Part shown: one piece after another, positions 11,888-26,607 of the stretch
How positions within the stretch are numbered: position 1 is the stretch's first letter
How the letters are laid out: each line of letters opens with the position of its first letter
Source: Tubiluchus corallicola
Taxonomy: Eukaryota; Animalia; Priapulida
NCBI GenBank assembly: GCA_030141605.1
Contig: JAQGDQ010000034.1
Span: 496,001-560,000, forward strand
DNA length: 64,000 bases
Direction: 5' to 3'
Translations under genes and position numbers: made by a program
The notes under the pieces: generated by a model
What the model saw: the letters and a program-made list of their open reading frames with translations, nothing else
The model's database searches: none
Told to the model about the DNA's origin: nothing

Positions 11888-11902
11888 CTGAAAAAATAGA
11901 AG
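11888..11902 (-). promoter_or_regulatory. 3' splice acceptor of a 5'-UTR intron (or outron) of AMPK gamma
   Basis: Minus strand reads ttctattttttcag|gtata, 138 nt upstream of the first ATG. Confidence 0.65.
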
Positions 11903-12835
11903 TAAAAAGATTAGTCATTAAATAAACATTACCCTATGCATACATCTCAAACTAAACTTTGATCACAAGTTTATTGAATTGAAACTACTAAAATTTACAC
12001 AAAAACAGCATCAAAATTTTATAGAAATATATAGAAGAAAGACCTGCTAAAAGGCGTAAAATATATTTTTTTATTCCATATCAATGAATACAATGAAGTT
12101 TTAGCTGCAAGCAGAAATAAAAATTGGTGCATAATCAAGTGCAGTCATAGCTACACATCAGAAAAAATGCAGTGCATAAAGGTGATATAAATCTATAAAA
12201 AAATCTCAGTTTTAATTACATGCGATTTTTGTTCCAACTTCAGCCCTTCTACATGGCAAACAGGTATAACATTTACATCATAAATGAGCAGGTCATAAAC
12301 TGTGTGAGCAAACATGGCATTTTTGTACGACAGAAGAAACACAATCAGCTATACTTGTCACTACTTGACTCATGTCTAGTATAGTGTCGATATTTGCCTA
12401 GCGATTGAAGAAACTGTTGTGATATAAGTGAAATTCTGGTTACACGTTATGTAACTTCTCATGCCGGGCATCAGAACACAGAGATTTGATTGTGGCTAAG
12501 TGTTAAGTGGTTAAGTTGCCTTTCAAAAGCTACCAATAAACATTTAACAAGTGTTTATTAGAATTACATACTTGGATTCACACTACCACGATCTACTTCA
12601 GGGAAAGTAATATCCGCTAGCCTAGCAGATATTACATTCTCTGTCTACATGTATTAGTATTATTGACACGTAATGAATTAATAAAAACCATTCAGTAGTT
12701 AAAGCCACAATGTCTAGCTACCTATTAAAAGAACCTTATTTGGACAATCTAAATAGAAACGCCAGCCCAACATGAAATTAAGAGGCTTTTTCAGAATGTA
12801 CAAGACTATACTCAGACTAGGTACAAGGTACAAGT

Positions 12836-13382
12836 CCAGGTACAAAACAGACATTTGCTTGTTCACTATTGCAAAAAGCCAATTTCACAATAATATTTAT
12901 TACTGCATTGACAAGTAGTAGCACTTGTTCATACTTTACTGAGAAGTGTTGTTTTAGTTCATTTTTTCCTAGTGGCAAGGATGGTACTTGTCAATACTGG
13001 AACTGACACCCTATTAGCCAGGTACAAAAGAGACATTTGCTTGTACACTATTGCAAAAAGCCAATTTCACAATAATATTTATTACTGCATTTACAAATAG
13101 TAGCACTTATTCATACTTTACTGAGAAGTGTTGTTTTAGTTCATTTTTTCCTAGTGGCAAGGATGGTACTTGTCAATACTGGAACTGACACCCTATTAGC
13201 CAGGTACAAAAGAGACATTTGCTTGTGCACTATTGCAAAAAAGCCAATTTCACAATAATATTTATTACTGCATTGACAAATAGTAGCACTTATTCATACT
13301 TTACTGAGAAGTGTTGTTTTAGTTCATTTTTTCCTAGTGGCAAGGATGGTACTTGTCAATACTGGAACTGACACCCTATTAG
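12836..13382. repeat. Tandem repeat, 3 near-identical copies of a 182-183-bp unit
   Basis: Units start ccaggtacaaaa(c/g)agacatttgc at 12836, 13018 and 13200 and end gacaccctattag. Confidence 0.95.
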
Positions 13383-14189
13383 ATCTTGTAGTTATAATTT
13401 ATATCAACTAAAGAATTTACACTTGTTATTGTTTCACGAGCCTGTTAAAAAACCTTGGAACAATGTGTACATGAAAGCCTTCAAACTGTTTGAAGCAGTG
13501 GTTCTAAAGTTCACAGACGCACCTACACAATTAGATATATAGTCAAACTTCTTTACACAGTATACTTTGACTGCAAAAAAAATTGACATTAAGCGAGTTT
13601 GGCATTATAAATGGAAGCAGTACAAAGAGGTTTGAATGTATAAGATAACCATAAAAAACATTTTTCAAAACAATATTAAATTTAACTTGAAGGACGTCAA
13701 ACTCCTGTCCAATATAATGATGTGATATTGTGTACCTTTACTTCAAATAGACAATTATACGCTTACAATAGATATATTTTGTACAATTTTGTATAAACAA
13801 TAGATCTTTGAAATAGAAAATATTAGGTCGTATGTAAAAGCTTGTGGGCAGTGAGTCTACGGGTCTACAGCTGTGTCTGAACAGTCCTGACCAAAACTCA
13901 CAGTTGCCCCTTTTCGTCAATAATCAAGTGAAATGGATGCCATCTTTGATGAAGATTTTGCTATTGTGCTACACCGGGAACTGTCGTCACCATTTTCACA
14001 TTGTTGCAAGTGTCCACAAACAGTCGGACGTACAAGTTTGTTTCCAAATCAAAAATTTCTTAAAAATTTCTAAAATACAGAATTCCACTTTTACTAAACT
14101 GTCTTCTTGTAGTTTGCACCCGAATGCAAAAAGAAATAAAATTTAATGACTATAAAGTAGTGTACCCCCAGCCTCTCCCCGTTATATTT

Positions 14190-14294
14190 ACTTAGTACTG
14201 AACGTTTAAAATATTTACGTAGTAACATTACTCTCTAGCACACTTAGTACTGCATGTTTAAAATATTTACATAGTAACATTACTCTCTAGCACA
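14190..14294. repeat. Tandem duplication of a 52-bp unit
   Basis: acttagtactg..tttaaaatatttac.tagtaacattactctctagcac occurs twice. Confidence 0.85.
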
Positions 14295-16970
14295 CATTAT
14301 GCTACTTGTTATAATGTTTTTTCACAAACATTTTTGTTTGTGCTTGTATTTTCATTTTTAACTCTATAACCCTCACATAGAACTTCCTTGAACTTTCTTC
14401 AATAATTCACTAACAGCCTATTCAACATAAATAATTTGAAATTGGAAAGTTTCCCACAGAGTTGCTAAGCTGCTTGACTTAATAATTTAAAAACATCACA
14501 ATACAGCCGACAATGCACATCATACATCTGTAAATTCTATATGCTAAAGCCAATTATACTGTAGTTGTGACAAAAACCTTAAAATGGTGCTCATTAAACC
14601 ACGTTGTAACATTCATTATCTAGAATAAAGTAATTAAAACTCCGAGGAATGAAAAGTCTAAAAAGTGCAACATCCAAAAGAGATAAGTTTGCATGCTGGC
14701 CCTGGGATGCAAGAACATGAGAGCTGCGGAAAAACTAAAAAGGTTTGGTTAACTCATTTTTCTGGGTAAACTAAGCCGTTATCTGCAGAAGACGCAGTGA
14801 AGACATGCAGCATGAGCCTAAATTTAACGTACCTCTGTCAACTAGCTGCTGCTGAAAAGAGAAAACAAAGTTTGGTGAGACGAAATTGACATGTTTTCAG
14901 GAAAACACAGTAAACTAAACAACTATTTCTTTCTTCATGACTGAAGCTACGAAGTAAATATTACCAAACACTTGCAACTACAAATATTATGACATGTAAC
15001 TGTGGACAGCAATTTGATATTGTACAGTTTAACTACGCAATTTACATACGCTTTACCTACAAAGACACGAACAATCGTAGCACACAATAGATCTTTAAAA
15101 TTGAAAGTACCAGACCCTACGTAATGGGCATAAACAATTTCATAAAAACAAATAAATTTTCTGTTACAAACTGCTAACGTTCAGTAACTTCAGTTACACC
15201 CTAATGCAACACAAAGTCAGACGGGTTTTACTTTGCAAAAATACACTTGGCAGTCTATTAGTTCTTCCAAGTTTTAGTGTCCTTAACTGGCTAGACAATT
15301 ACTGGAAATTACACAACCCACTACACGCCACTGGGCAGTTGCTTGTCGGTACTGACAATTAACTTCACCTAGTCCGCAAAAGCGTGCTAACCATGAATCA
15401 GCGAATCGATTTGATTTCTAAGCCTTTTCTTCAATACTAACTAATCCTCAATAAGCCTGACCGTCCCCAATTGACAGAATCTATATGTTGTTAGTCAGAC
15501 AGTCGCACGGAATTGGCAAATTTAGTTCCAATCGCATACAGTCACAGCCAGTGACAGGTAGTGAGCAAGTGACATGTACAAAGTACTAAAACTTTCATCA
15601 GACAGATCAAAGGTTCAGAAAAACCTAGTACACATTATACTAGAGCTACTAGAGAGTAGCAACAAGCACTTATTACACAAAAACATGTGTGACTTGACAC
15701 TGTTTTCATCAAATTAACTGTATAAAACAACACCACATGGCTATTACACCCAAGTCAAAGCTTATTTTAAAATTTTTATAATATAAATCTTCTATTACAA
15801 AACTACATGAAAATTAATGCATATTTTGCTAGACACATATGTATGCCACACTAGTCAAAATGTTACAGGGTGCAGACTCTAATTATTTTATGTTGCTCAC
15901 ATACTAGCTAAAGAATGTATTCAAATCTAAATCACTGATGGCTGAAATACTAAAATGTGAATAAAACTTTGTAACAGAATGCACAAACATAGCATAAGTA
16001 GGAAAAATTCGAGAGAGGGACAACGCAGTAGCTAGTGTGACATGAGAATGCCCCGGAAAATTTGTTTATACATCATATCTACAAATCCTTCCATTAACCA
16101 AACAATTATCATCTCTAAATGGCACAAATAAACATCTTATGGTACCGAGCTACCGCCGTAAGCATAACGCTCAAGCATTCTTGTGATCCAAAAGATAACA
16201 CTGCAACCAGGTTGTCATTTCAAAATGATCAATACTGATCGGCTTTTTAACTATATATATCACTGTATATACAAGTAAGCAATATGGAGCATTGTAATAC
16301 AAGTAAGTGGTGCATTGACAGATAATCACAAAATTCATATTCATAACTATTTAAAAAAATTTTTTCACTCTTTAAGGCTCACTCGAAGTCGTAATTACAT
16401 ATTATGTTTTCCTTTCTCAACTTTCAGGTTTATTGCTCTTATACCATTGCTATTATTACATCATTTACTTCATCCTTATTTACATTAAGTTATCTACAGA
16501 AGCATGCATAACTATAATCATTTTTTCATTTAAGTAAGGTGAGTAAGGTGAGTAATGACTGTACACTCACGTCGCACTACTCAAATTATTTTATTTAAAG
16601 TTAATTAATGTGTTTGATATTGTATTTTTTGACATGTGAAATAAAATTCATAGTTCATAGTATTTCTGCAATGTCTGAAATTAACCCAGCTGTACTTATA
16701 AATTATAAAATTTACTCTTGCAAGCTTACAAATGGCCGAAGATGATTTAGAAACAACACAGCAAATTAGTAAATGCCTAACGTTTTTATGTACAATATAT
16801 AAAATAATACGTCCCATAAATGTTGGTAGACGCGAAAATATGATAAGTTTATAAACAATTTGACATGGGTCCTGAAGTCCAACCATTCCTGTGCAAATTT
16901 TTTTGCATATTCCAGAGCAATTTTTTAACGCCAGAGAAAGCATTTTAATCTTTTATTAAATTTTTCACAT

Positions 16971-17390
16971 ACCAAAGAAGATGCTCTATGGAGAAGTTGT
17001 GTCTGGAAAGAGAAAGGTTGGATGACCAAAGAAACGCTTCAAAGACAGCCTGAAGGCCTCACTCTAGGAGCTCAGCATGGATATCCGCTCAATGGAAACC
17101 CGCGTTCAGCATGGCATAGTGCCATCACCACAGGGGCTAAGACAGCAGAGGCAAAAAGAACTGAGGAGGCAGAGGAGAAGCGCACGAGACGCAAGGCATG
17201 TGACACTGCCCAACAACAGGTCCAAACACCCAGCTCACCTGTGCCAAATGCCAAAGAAGTTTCCAGGCCAGAATTGGCCTAGTCAGTCACCTTCGAGCTC
17301 ATCAAAGGAATAACAACCCCCCAAACTGACCTTTTATCCCTGTCACTATGGTCATCTTCGATTCGAAGGACGAACATCATCATCATCATC
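16971..17390 (+). mobile_element. 5'-truncated RTE-clade LINE (ORF C-terminus and 3' tail)
   Basis: Degenerate translation PKKMLYGEVVSGKRKVG*PKKRFKDSLK...AEAKR...CPKC-like...ARIGL*SHLRAH is typical of the RTE C-terminus. It has a (CAT)n tail and a perfect 13-bp TSD aaatttttcacat at 16958-16970 and 17391-17403. Confidence 0.85.
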
Positions 17391-17454
17391 AAATTTTTCA
17401 CATTTAAAAACAGCTACATGGAATTATATATAATCACACAAAGATACATGGGCA

Positions 17455-17822
17455 GTAGGCTGAGCATCGAACATTCGAATTCAATTCGAAAGAGTTTATT
17501 ACTTCAAAGTCGATTCGAACTTAAAATTACAGATTTAAATAATTCAACTGCGTATGCTCTTCATCATTAAAACATTTGAAACATCATGTAAGCGGTACAA
17601 CTGTGGCACAATTTCTCGGCACAATTTTTAAAACAAATTATTAATGTTTTAATTGCTAATCAAGAACAAAATCAAGTACCATCCACGATCTCTGTGAGAA
17701 TGCTTTTTATTAGGCGATTCGATAATTTATTTGAAAATCCTTAAAAATAAATTAGAATTCGAAAGTCACGGGTCTGATTCGAATTCACTTTCTCGTAGAG
17801 AATGCGAATTTTCTCACCCTTA
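17455..17822 (-). mobile_element. Non-autonomous DNA-transposon/MITE family copy (homologous to 34983-35260)
   Basis: The reverse complement aligns by eye with 34983-35260 (gcattct..accagaaag..tcgaatc..gtgactttcgaa; aataaaaagc; catga.gtttcaaa.gttttaatgat). The ends are rich in tcgaat. Confidence 0.6.
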
Positions 17823-18959
17823 ATTTGGCAGTGGTCTGGCAGGATGCAAGTGATATTCTTGGCCAGGCCCCTCCAAAATCCGTCAAGCACCCTAATCATT
17901 ATAAATAATAACAGTAATTTACACATGAAATTGTGATAACAAACACGTAAAGGCTCGTGTTTGGGCAATCAATGAAATTCAAAATCAAATTAATATTCTA
18001 TTTTTGCTAACTAGCTGTGACAGTCTTGGACTTTGTGGCGACCACAATCAGGTGGTCTTCTTGGTAGTTCCTCTATCAGTGTCAGACTGCCAATGAATAT
18101 CACTCTGCAGAAGAACTGTGATTTCAATCGCAATAATGAATTAGAAATCGGACATCGAAGTTAGTATGACAAACTATAGTACAGCTACATGGATGCATTT
18201 GTCTACTAATGCAGGATGTGGTATTTTATCTGAAAGACACCAAATCTGTTTCCGATGTATTAAAACTGGCACTCCTTTTCCTGTCAAATGTAATGTTAAC
18301 TTACAATACTATAACCTGATTATGTATCCTGTTGGTATTGGCCAGGTCTTGATCAGTTTTATTCCATTCAGCCATGACAGAACTTTTAATGTGTTAATAG
18401 TACGTACCGTGAGTTGATACTCATCTTGATAACTTGTTATAATACGACACATTCAGATTTCTATTTAACTCTAGTGAACTTGAGTCACTTATCAAGTCAT
18501 ACAGTTGAAACTTCCACTGCAACAAATTGTCTATCACAACAAATGTGACCGTAATTTAAGCAGTATTTATGACTAGAGAGACAACTTTTGAGAGAAACAT
18601 AAATAAAAAACGCGAGACAGAAAACGAGATAAAACGATTAACCGAAATTTAACAAGGGGGATAACTATGGCAGTATGGGGGAAAAACCAACGTAATATTA
18701 TACTAGGCTTCACCCGTCGATCTAATGATTACTAATAATAACCCTTAATCAGAAGAGGTTATAAGTGCTTTGAGTCGACAGTACAGCACTGCGTCATGCA
18801 AATTAGTATGGAGGATTACTATACTATAGTATAGTACAGTACTGCACAGTCCAGAAAAAACGATCCCTTGAATTTTTATATCATTATCAATAAACGTACG
18901 TGAATTCTGGCACGTAGACACGCCATATCTATGTTTATGAAAAGATAACCAAATTATAT

Positions 18960-19260
18960 ATCCGCTTTCAGAATCCTATTTCACCTTCAGAATTTAACCT
19001 TCGCAGATTTTACGAAACACAAATTTCCATATAACACCTGCAATGACAAAATCGACAACGACCAGCGTCACCCGTTGCGTTTGGCAAAAAGCACGTACTG
19101 TTTCGCGCATGCCAGTAATGCTTACATTGACGTCATCAGCTGATAAGCAGCAGTAACAGGAACTCCGTCACAGATCGTCGGTCATAGACATGTGGCGTCA
19201 GTACCTACAGCTGAAAGAAGTTGCTGCGTCATCATGTTGTGATGTCATGTTCAGGGAAGC
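18960..19260. promoter_or_regulatory. Candidate promoter/first-exon region for AMPK gamma with a CRE site
   Basis: Locally CpG-rich, with palindromic TGACGTCA at 19128-19135 and TGCGTCA half-sites. A minus-strand donor-like AG|GTGAAA lies at about 18979-18986. The assignment is inference only. Confidence 0.3.
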
Positions 19261-20510
19261 TTATGTAGAGCACTGTTATATTAATTTTGACTAGCTACTA
19301 GAAGACAGACAGAATAGTGTGTCTGACTGTCCAACCAAAAATATGACAGAGCGGCCAACTTGGCAAACATAATCTCAATCTATCCTTGAAGACAACATTC
19401 GTGAACTGACTATTACGTTACTTCTAGCTTTTGCCACACTAGTGATACTACCACCGACTGTTTACTTCTCTAGTTTTAGCGTAATGCCTACTGTCGAGCT
19501 ATACAGGACGAACATAATTATAAAGTATTTCCACGATAACGGAAAATTTGATGGAAGATTATTTTACAATCTACACAGAAAATGAATGTTGCATCATCGT
19601 GATGACGAATTTATAGATTTTTCCGTCACACATTACAAATTTTTTCCTCTACAATCCCTAATATGAAAATTCTGTAATCCGTTAGTATTAGTACCGGGCT
19701 AGTAGTGGCATAATGCTATTTAATGCTGTTTAACAAGGCTATTGAAATTTATTTACGTGTGCGTGCACGCAATTTATAAAGCTTAATTCTCGCAAATCGG
19801 GAGCAGTTTTTGTGATCTCAGTTATATTTTGTCATCTAGAAAGAACACCATTAGACTGTAATAGGTCTAGCTACTTTGTCTCTGCAACAAAAATATTTCA
19901 TTCTCATACATTATAACTATTATAAAATCGATTCAGACAAGATAAATGGTACAATTATTAAATCACTGAATGAATGGTACAATGTACATACACTACAGAA
20001 GAAACAACGTGGTTGAATGCGGGATGCAACTTGGTCAACGGCCAAAACACTTTACAAGGATATTAGCAAGAAATAAAAAAGCTCATCTAAAATGATCATT
20101 AATGATAATAATAATATAATTATGTAGATAAAAATGATGCAGAAAAAATGGCACAAATGGAAAAGCACGAAAAATAGCACATGTGTTATTTTGATGCAAA
20201 TAATTGCTATGGTGAAAGTAAAATGCTCTCAGTAGGAAGAAGATCTCCACCAAGATTGAAAAATCTTATAACCGCGCTCTGCTGATTCATTTGATTAAAA
20301 ATGACGTAAAACAGAGATGAAAAAGCAAACATTCAAAAATACACCTGTGACGATAACTTTTGCAATTGATTAATTATTTTTTTAAATGAATAACTTAATA
20401 TTCCAAAATAAATTTATAACAACTTAATCACTTGTCGAACCGTTTCATTTTGAAGTGCCATTGCAAATCACGTTTTCACGCTTAATCAGTTACCAGTCGA
20501 AGATGCAGGT

Positions 20511-21031
20511 ACAGTAATCAACCAGTATTCCTTGACTTACAAGGGTAAACAACATGCAGTAAATAGGAGCAGAGTTAAGACGTTTGAAAAACAGCAGCTC
20601 AAGCAAGCGAAGTGCTAAATGTTTTATGAGAATAGATGCATCACACAGCAACAGATTTTCAACGTTTTTATAATTATCACGACTTTCTGAGCCAACTTCT
20701 TCGTGATAAAATGAAGCAGCTGACCTTGAAAGAATATTTGTAACTCTTGCAAATAAACAGACTTGTGTGATTTAGAAAAGTGTTCATTGTAATTTATTGC
20801 TAATTCACTTATTTAAATTTATATTTAAAAAATAATTTTTAACTGCTCAAAGGAATCTAAGCATTACTTCATTTCTAAAATTCATTAAAAACCTTTGGCA
20901 GTGCATACTAAGCTGATGACTCATACTTCTACATCAGTAATACTACACCCATCGGTTAATAGGTTCAGTCGGTTATTTGGTTCAAAACACTACGGTCCCA
21001 AAGAGAGTCTATAGTAAGCAGCACCTACTGT
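20511..21031 (+). mobile_element. Tigger/pogo-like DNA transposon remnant (homologous to 48417-49220)
   Basis: The block gcaacagattttcaa...caacttcttc.tga..aaatgaagca.c.gacc.tgaa.gaat.tttgtaa is shared in inverted orientation. The ends are TA-flanked cagta...tactg. Confidence 0.5.
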
Positions 21032-24000
21032 ATATAAAAACTGGTGGTGATTGACTCCAATAACTCCGCATAATTGACTCAATATTTTTTCCTTCACGTG
21101 CTTAAAATAAAACACTTGTGTGTGACTAAAGAGTTTTTACTGCTTTTATCTCATTCTACATCGCTTTTGTGCAGCATAATATATGTAAAAACAGTCATGT
21201 TATGCACAGCTGTATTTGTAAGAAGGCTCAGTGCATTTTATTATATGCGCTAATATGCTAACGTGGGGGTTTCGCTTTGAATCTGTCACTGGAAAGAACA
21301 ACTACTGTGGTTTGTTTTGTGCAAGTCATGGAATAGGCACACAGATCGAAACTGAATCATTATCTGTCCTTTTTAGGTGTGTTGTGGTGAGGTGAAGGTG
21401 TTTTCAGTGCCGGAACACATGAAACTTTCCTAAATGCAGGCGGAGCTGAGAGCGTAGCAGATATTGTTAAGCATTAATGTTTTAGTTAACGTATTTCTGA
21501 ATCAAAAACACATGTTGGCTGAAATTATTGTGCCAAAAATGCGTTGTTATGCACCTAGTCAAACGGACTAATATTACGAAATCAGCAAGTTAATGTGTAA
21601 AGCTGTATCTGTTCTACTAAACAGTTAGCTGTCTGTGTAGTCATTTGTAGTGTACAAAGTTTTAAGCTACATAATTTTTAATGATTGTCTTAGTCGTAAA
21701 ATGCCTTGGTAACTTCCCACACGCCAATTACTATAATGTAATTAATTTTATCAATTTGATTAATTATTATTTTTATTAAATGAACCAAAACGTGTTTAAT
21801 TAGGTGAACCAAAACTGTAAAGTTAAAAGAATTTTGAAAATATCAAATGAGTCGCAAGCATAGGTCACAGATCGTAAATGTGTTCATGTATTGGCAACAG
21901 ATATCTAGAAGATATCTGTTATTGCCACGTGCTTGCACGGGTAAACCCCATAAAGATGATGACTGTAAATTTTTGTTTTTTGGTTTTGTTGTGGTTTTAG
22001 AGCGAGAAATTGCGTGTTCACATTTGTTTACAAACCCCATCAGTTTTCCATTTTGCAACTAGTCAAAATTCTTCTCCCAATTAAGGTAATCATTTTAGTA
22101 CTACTACTAGTTATAGCGCGTATATACTATATGTATTGTAGTTTTGTACTATTGAAGTTGAATAACGTACCTAGTATCGCGTGTTCAAAATTGAAACCAT
22201 TATTCGTAATTTGACTAAACTTTACAATTCCATACACACAAGAAATTATTTCGTGAAGCGGGTAGGATTAGGCATATATATAAATTGTGTGGAGAATTGT
22301 AAACTCCTTGCCGTAATTGTTTTTCCATTGCTATTGTCATCCTAGTTGTTCACCCGGGTTGGGTGATTTTTTTAGTGCATTGAGTTTTTCGTCCCTGTAT
22401 CGCACTTTAGATGGACCATAATTCAATCGCAGATTGAGAAAGTGTTTTTATTAGTGCTTACAGGGGTAGTGAAAATCAGACTCGGATACCTTTTAGGGAA
22501 TTATAGTAATCTAATCTATATTATATTTTTTGTGTACTGTTAAACTCTACAATGTTTTAACACTCAAAGTACTTCTGCAGTCCACACATTGTTTTTGTTG
22601 TTGAAGCTGTTCTTTGCAGCCATTAGCTAGCAGAGGTGCTGACTAGAATGAACCAGGAATTCAAACGCTTGTCGTAATTCGTGATGCCAACGCAGCAGTT
22701 AATAGTTTACTAGTTACATCCTACTGTAGAAGAGACAAAAAGTGGGATTTGCATTTTAAATTCTTAAACATTGGATATCGTATTAACAATAATGTCTGCA
22801 TTTCATTATTGAAACCGGGTAGAATTATTGTGTTCATGTAATAAACGCAGTAATTACATGGATGCCAGGTTGTCCGAAACTCTTTCCATGTGAAAGAGAG
22901 CAAGAGAATCCTTATAATAGGTTACATTTTAACGCTCATTCTAAAAAGAAATATTTATATACTGTAGTTGCATAGTTAGCAAATTATAAAAATAAGATTA
23001 AATAACATGCATACGGTGGGACGCGCCACCTAGGCACGACATGGCACTTAGTTAAAATTCCTATTAAAACGATAATGGTTTGCTAATTTTAGTTTTGATA
23101 AATTAAAATTTGTTAGCAATGAAATAAGCTCAGATAATCAGTATTGACGATTTCGGCAAGCAATATGTCAGAAAGTATTTTCAATATGATTTGCAAGAGT
23201 ATTTGAATGAATTTAATCTACATAAGTCTCTTTTTTCTGTCACCTACACATTGAAAGCTTTTGGTTAATGAGTCCACTATAATTAAGTACTTTCAACCAG
23301 TTTGAGACTCAAAGTTAATTCACGATATTGCATTCAAGCAATATATATATATATCTATTCAAGCTTTTTAATAAATGACAACTAAGTGCGAACAAAATTA
23401 TACTGTAACCAATTTTATTCGTGTTATGGGCAATATGTTGGCTTAAAGAATTAAAGCACTATTTATAATCTGTGATCCTATTTTCGCTTTCGAAAAAAAT
23501 GTGAATTTGGTTTTCGTAAGTGTTTAAAAATGTAGAAAGCGCTGTTGCAAAGAATTAGCAATTGCTGTCTGAGAAGCGTTTTCCTGCCAGATTTGGTCTT
23601 AAAATAGGCATCTAAAAGTGCTAAAATGCAGAAAAGACATTGACTGCGGGGCTGTGTAGATGAGTCTCCATCAGACACCCTAACTGAATTTTTGCGGAAT
23701 CTCCTGATTTTAGCTATCTGCAATTTGGAAAGTTTGAAATTGTTACTATTAACGAGGTCTACAAAGAAATATTAAAGCATTGTATTTTTGTCCGAGTCAT
23801 TTGTGATATGGAATTTCTTTCTCTGTGGTGTTCTTGTAATTAATTCGTGACATTTTTTTTCTAAAATGGTGACACAACAACATGTGCTAGTGCCACGCAG
23901 GCAGTATAGCAGACAATAAGTGGATAACACAACATGGTCGCAGGAGCATTCTATTGTGATCACTCTGTCACTCCTGCTGCATTCCTGCGTTCACTTTGGT

Positions 24001-24414
24001 CTGCAGAAAAACACGACATCTTGCAATATGTCGGACCTTGCAAAAATTAAAATCACAATTTTTCTTTAACAATGAATTGAAAATTTGATGGCTTCCCCAG
24101 TTGCTGTTGATCAATAATCAAAGTCTGGAAGTTATTTACTGTTCACATGGTTGAAAATTCTTTATGTTTTTTGTGATAAAATGACACCTTTGTGAAATTC
24201 TTAGCTAGTTGCATTTTGGTTTACCCCGTAGGCCGACCGACGTATTTTAATCGCGTTTGCAACTTGCGCATAAAAACTTTCATATTATAATACTCTAGTC
24301 CTAAATAACTCTATCACAAAAAGCAGGTGAAATAGAGATTTCGTTATCATGCCTTGCTTTAAGTTACGGCATCCACTAGAGTAGCTAAATTATTAGATCT
24401 ATGGAAAATCTTTT

Positions 24415-25065
24415 ACTTGCTTACTTGCTGCCCCCAGCAGGTGGAGGCCGGCCACAACAGGTAGCATCCTCGCAGTGCGACGGCAGCTCTATGAGATCAT
24501 CGGAAACTTGGTGGTAGCAGTCCAGCCTAAGAGGAGACACAATATCGCACTTGATTTGATGCCAGAAATGCTTTTGTTGACCTCCTCTGTGGCGCTTCCA
24601 CGTGCCGCGGTGTGCTGCTGCCGCCGGCTCGAACATGGAGATGAACGGTAGGTGGGAGCGGGTCATTCGAGCGACGTGTCCCAGATATTCCAGACGGCGA
24701 CGTTTGATGCGGTCTGCCAATGTACCGGCGAGACCCGCACGTCTGTAGACCTCGGCGTTCGTGATGTGATCCCGATATCAAACACCTTAGCAATTTGGTT
24801 TCGAAAGAGTTAAGACGTCTTTCGTCGTCTACTAGGATAGTCCACGTTTTCGCTGACATACATCAGCGTGGATAGAATGCTGGCTTTGAACACGCGGAGT
24901 TTAGTCTCAATGGATATTGCGGGTTGCTGCCAAAGAAACTTGTCGAGGTCCCAAAAAGTACCACAGGCAAAACCGATCCGCCGATGAATCTCCAACGTGC
25001 AAGAACTGTCGTTCGTGATTTGGCTGCCCAGGTAAGTAAAGAATTCGACCAGCTCGATGGTGTGC
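24415..25065 (-). mobile_element. 5'-truncated RTE-like LINE (RT thumb/C-terminal region), frameshifted
   Basis: Reads IELVEFFTYLGSQITND...EIHRRIGFA...TKLRVFKASILSTLMYVSE / TWT...RRLNSFETKLLR / IKRRRLEYLGHVARM across three frames. It has a 3' (CAAGTAAG)n-type tail and a perfect 10-bp TSD aaaatctttt at 24405-24414 and 25066-25075. Confidence 0.9.
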
Positions 25066-25786
25066 AAAATCTTTTGGTCTTATTATGTCTGCTAGACATG
25101 GAATTCTGCCATTACTTTGTCTGATTATTTATATTTAAATGTTTGAATAGATGATGACAATATCTTCTTATGTATAGAAAGCAGGCTTGCAGCTTTCTGT
25201 AATATTATTAATGCTGGCATCGGCTTTGAAAAGACTGGGCATATAGAAAAATATTTTTGTGTACAGTAAAGCTAGTTCGACTAAAACTATCCGTGAAACG
25301 ATTAATCTTATGGACAGTACTTGGAAAGACCAATAGACTGTGCAAATTGTCTAATGGCATACCCATTGCCTAATTAGAATGGTCTGTCAGAACTAGTACT
25401 GTTGTGGATCCAAGTAAACTGGAAAAAAATTTAATAAAGTTACTCTTTTTCCCTTGCATTCTACTTTAAGTATTCGCAGTATTTTTGTACACTACCAGTT
25501 TTTACCCCTATTTTTTAAGTTACTTTTTGTTGTTGTCTCTAGTTAGACAGTTATTTCGTAGAGTGTGGCGAATTCAAAATGTTATCATCTTATAATTGTG
25601 TTCTTGAACTGTAGTTCTTTGTTTGTATGACTTTCTTATGATCTGTGTGTGTTGCAATACAATATAATGTACTTTCTAACATACAACATAAATTTTCACA
25701 TTGTTAAGGTAATTATAGAAAAGCTGAGTAGCTACTAAATGTTAGAGTATTAATGTTAAATTTTGTAAAAGTGCTGAAATATAGTG

Positions 25787-25789
<3 letters not shown>

Positions 25790-25863
<74 letters not shown>
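25790..25863. repeat. (TA)n microsatellite
   Basis: About 37 perfect TA units. Confidence 0.98.
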
Positions 25864-25865
<2 letters not shown>

Positions 25866-26569
25866 ATTTATTGATGTATTTCTGTGAGCACTGACTATGG
25901 ATTGGTGTTACTGTTACAATCAGAAACTGTCAGAGTTTTGTTCATGTTTTATTGTGGCTTCTAAGGAGATGATATCATTCGAATTGATATTATTAAATGT
26001 CTGCATTCCAAATCTAACTCTTATACTGTAAATATTAAGTGTTTCCATATGTTCTTTTTGGGTTATGTGGTGGCTCAGCCACAGTTTGTCCAATGATAGG
26101 TCAATTCTGAAATACCAGGAAAAGAAGTAGAGCCTTTGTTGTTGTTCTTTAAATATCGTGGGGCGCTCATTGCGCCCGTGATCGACCGATTTATGCTGTA
26201 ATTTGTGTCACATTAAACATATAAACTAGCAGCTTAGTGATGCAAATACAATTGTAAAACGATGTTGAAATGTTTCAGCATTAGATTATGATGGGCTGTG
26301 AGTATCCTCCATGCTTGATAATATTGCTACTTGAAAAAATAGCTATATTATGTCTTTTTGCAATTCCAGTTACTCATAAAATCATTCTTGTCTGTGCAAA
26401 TTAATCCCAACATCGTCCCCGAGACGTTTTCCTGCAAATGCCAATAAAAATTTGGTTTTCAAAATTATTATTCCTTGTTTCTTGCCATTGTCAAGTACAA
26501 TGTTATACTGTTTCAAGCTTCGCAGTTGAAAAAGCTCAAATAACAAAACTCGCTGTATTGTAATCTGTT

Positions 26570-26591
26570 GCCCTTTTTGCATTTTTTGCAG
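26570..26591 (+). promoter_or_regulatory. 3' splice acceptor of a 5'-UTR intron (or outron) of PEX14
   Basis: ccctttttgcattttttgcag| lies 16 nt before the ATG, with an in-frame TAG (26596-26598) in between. Confidence 0.7.
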
Positions 26592-26607
26592 ACAATAGAT
26601 TAAAGGT

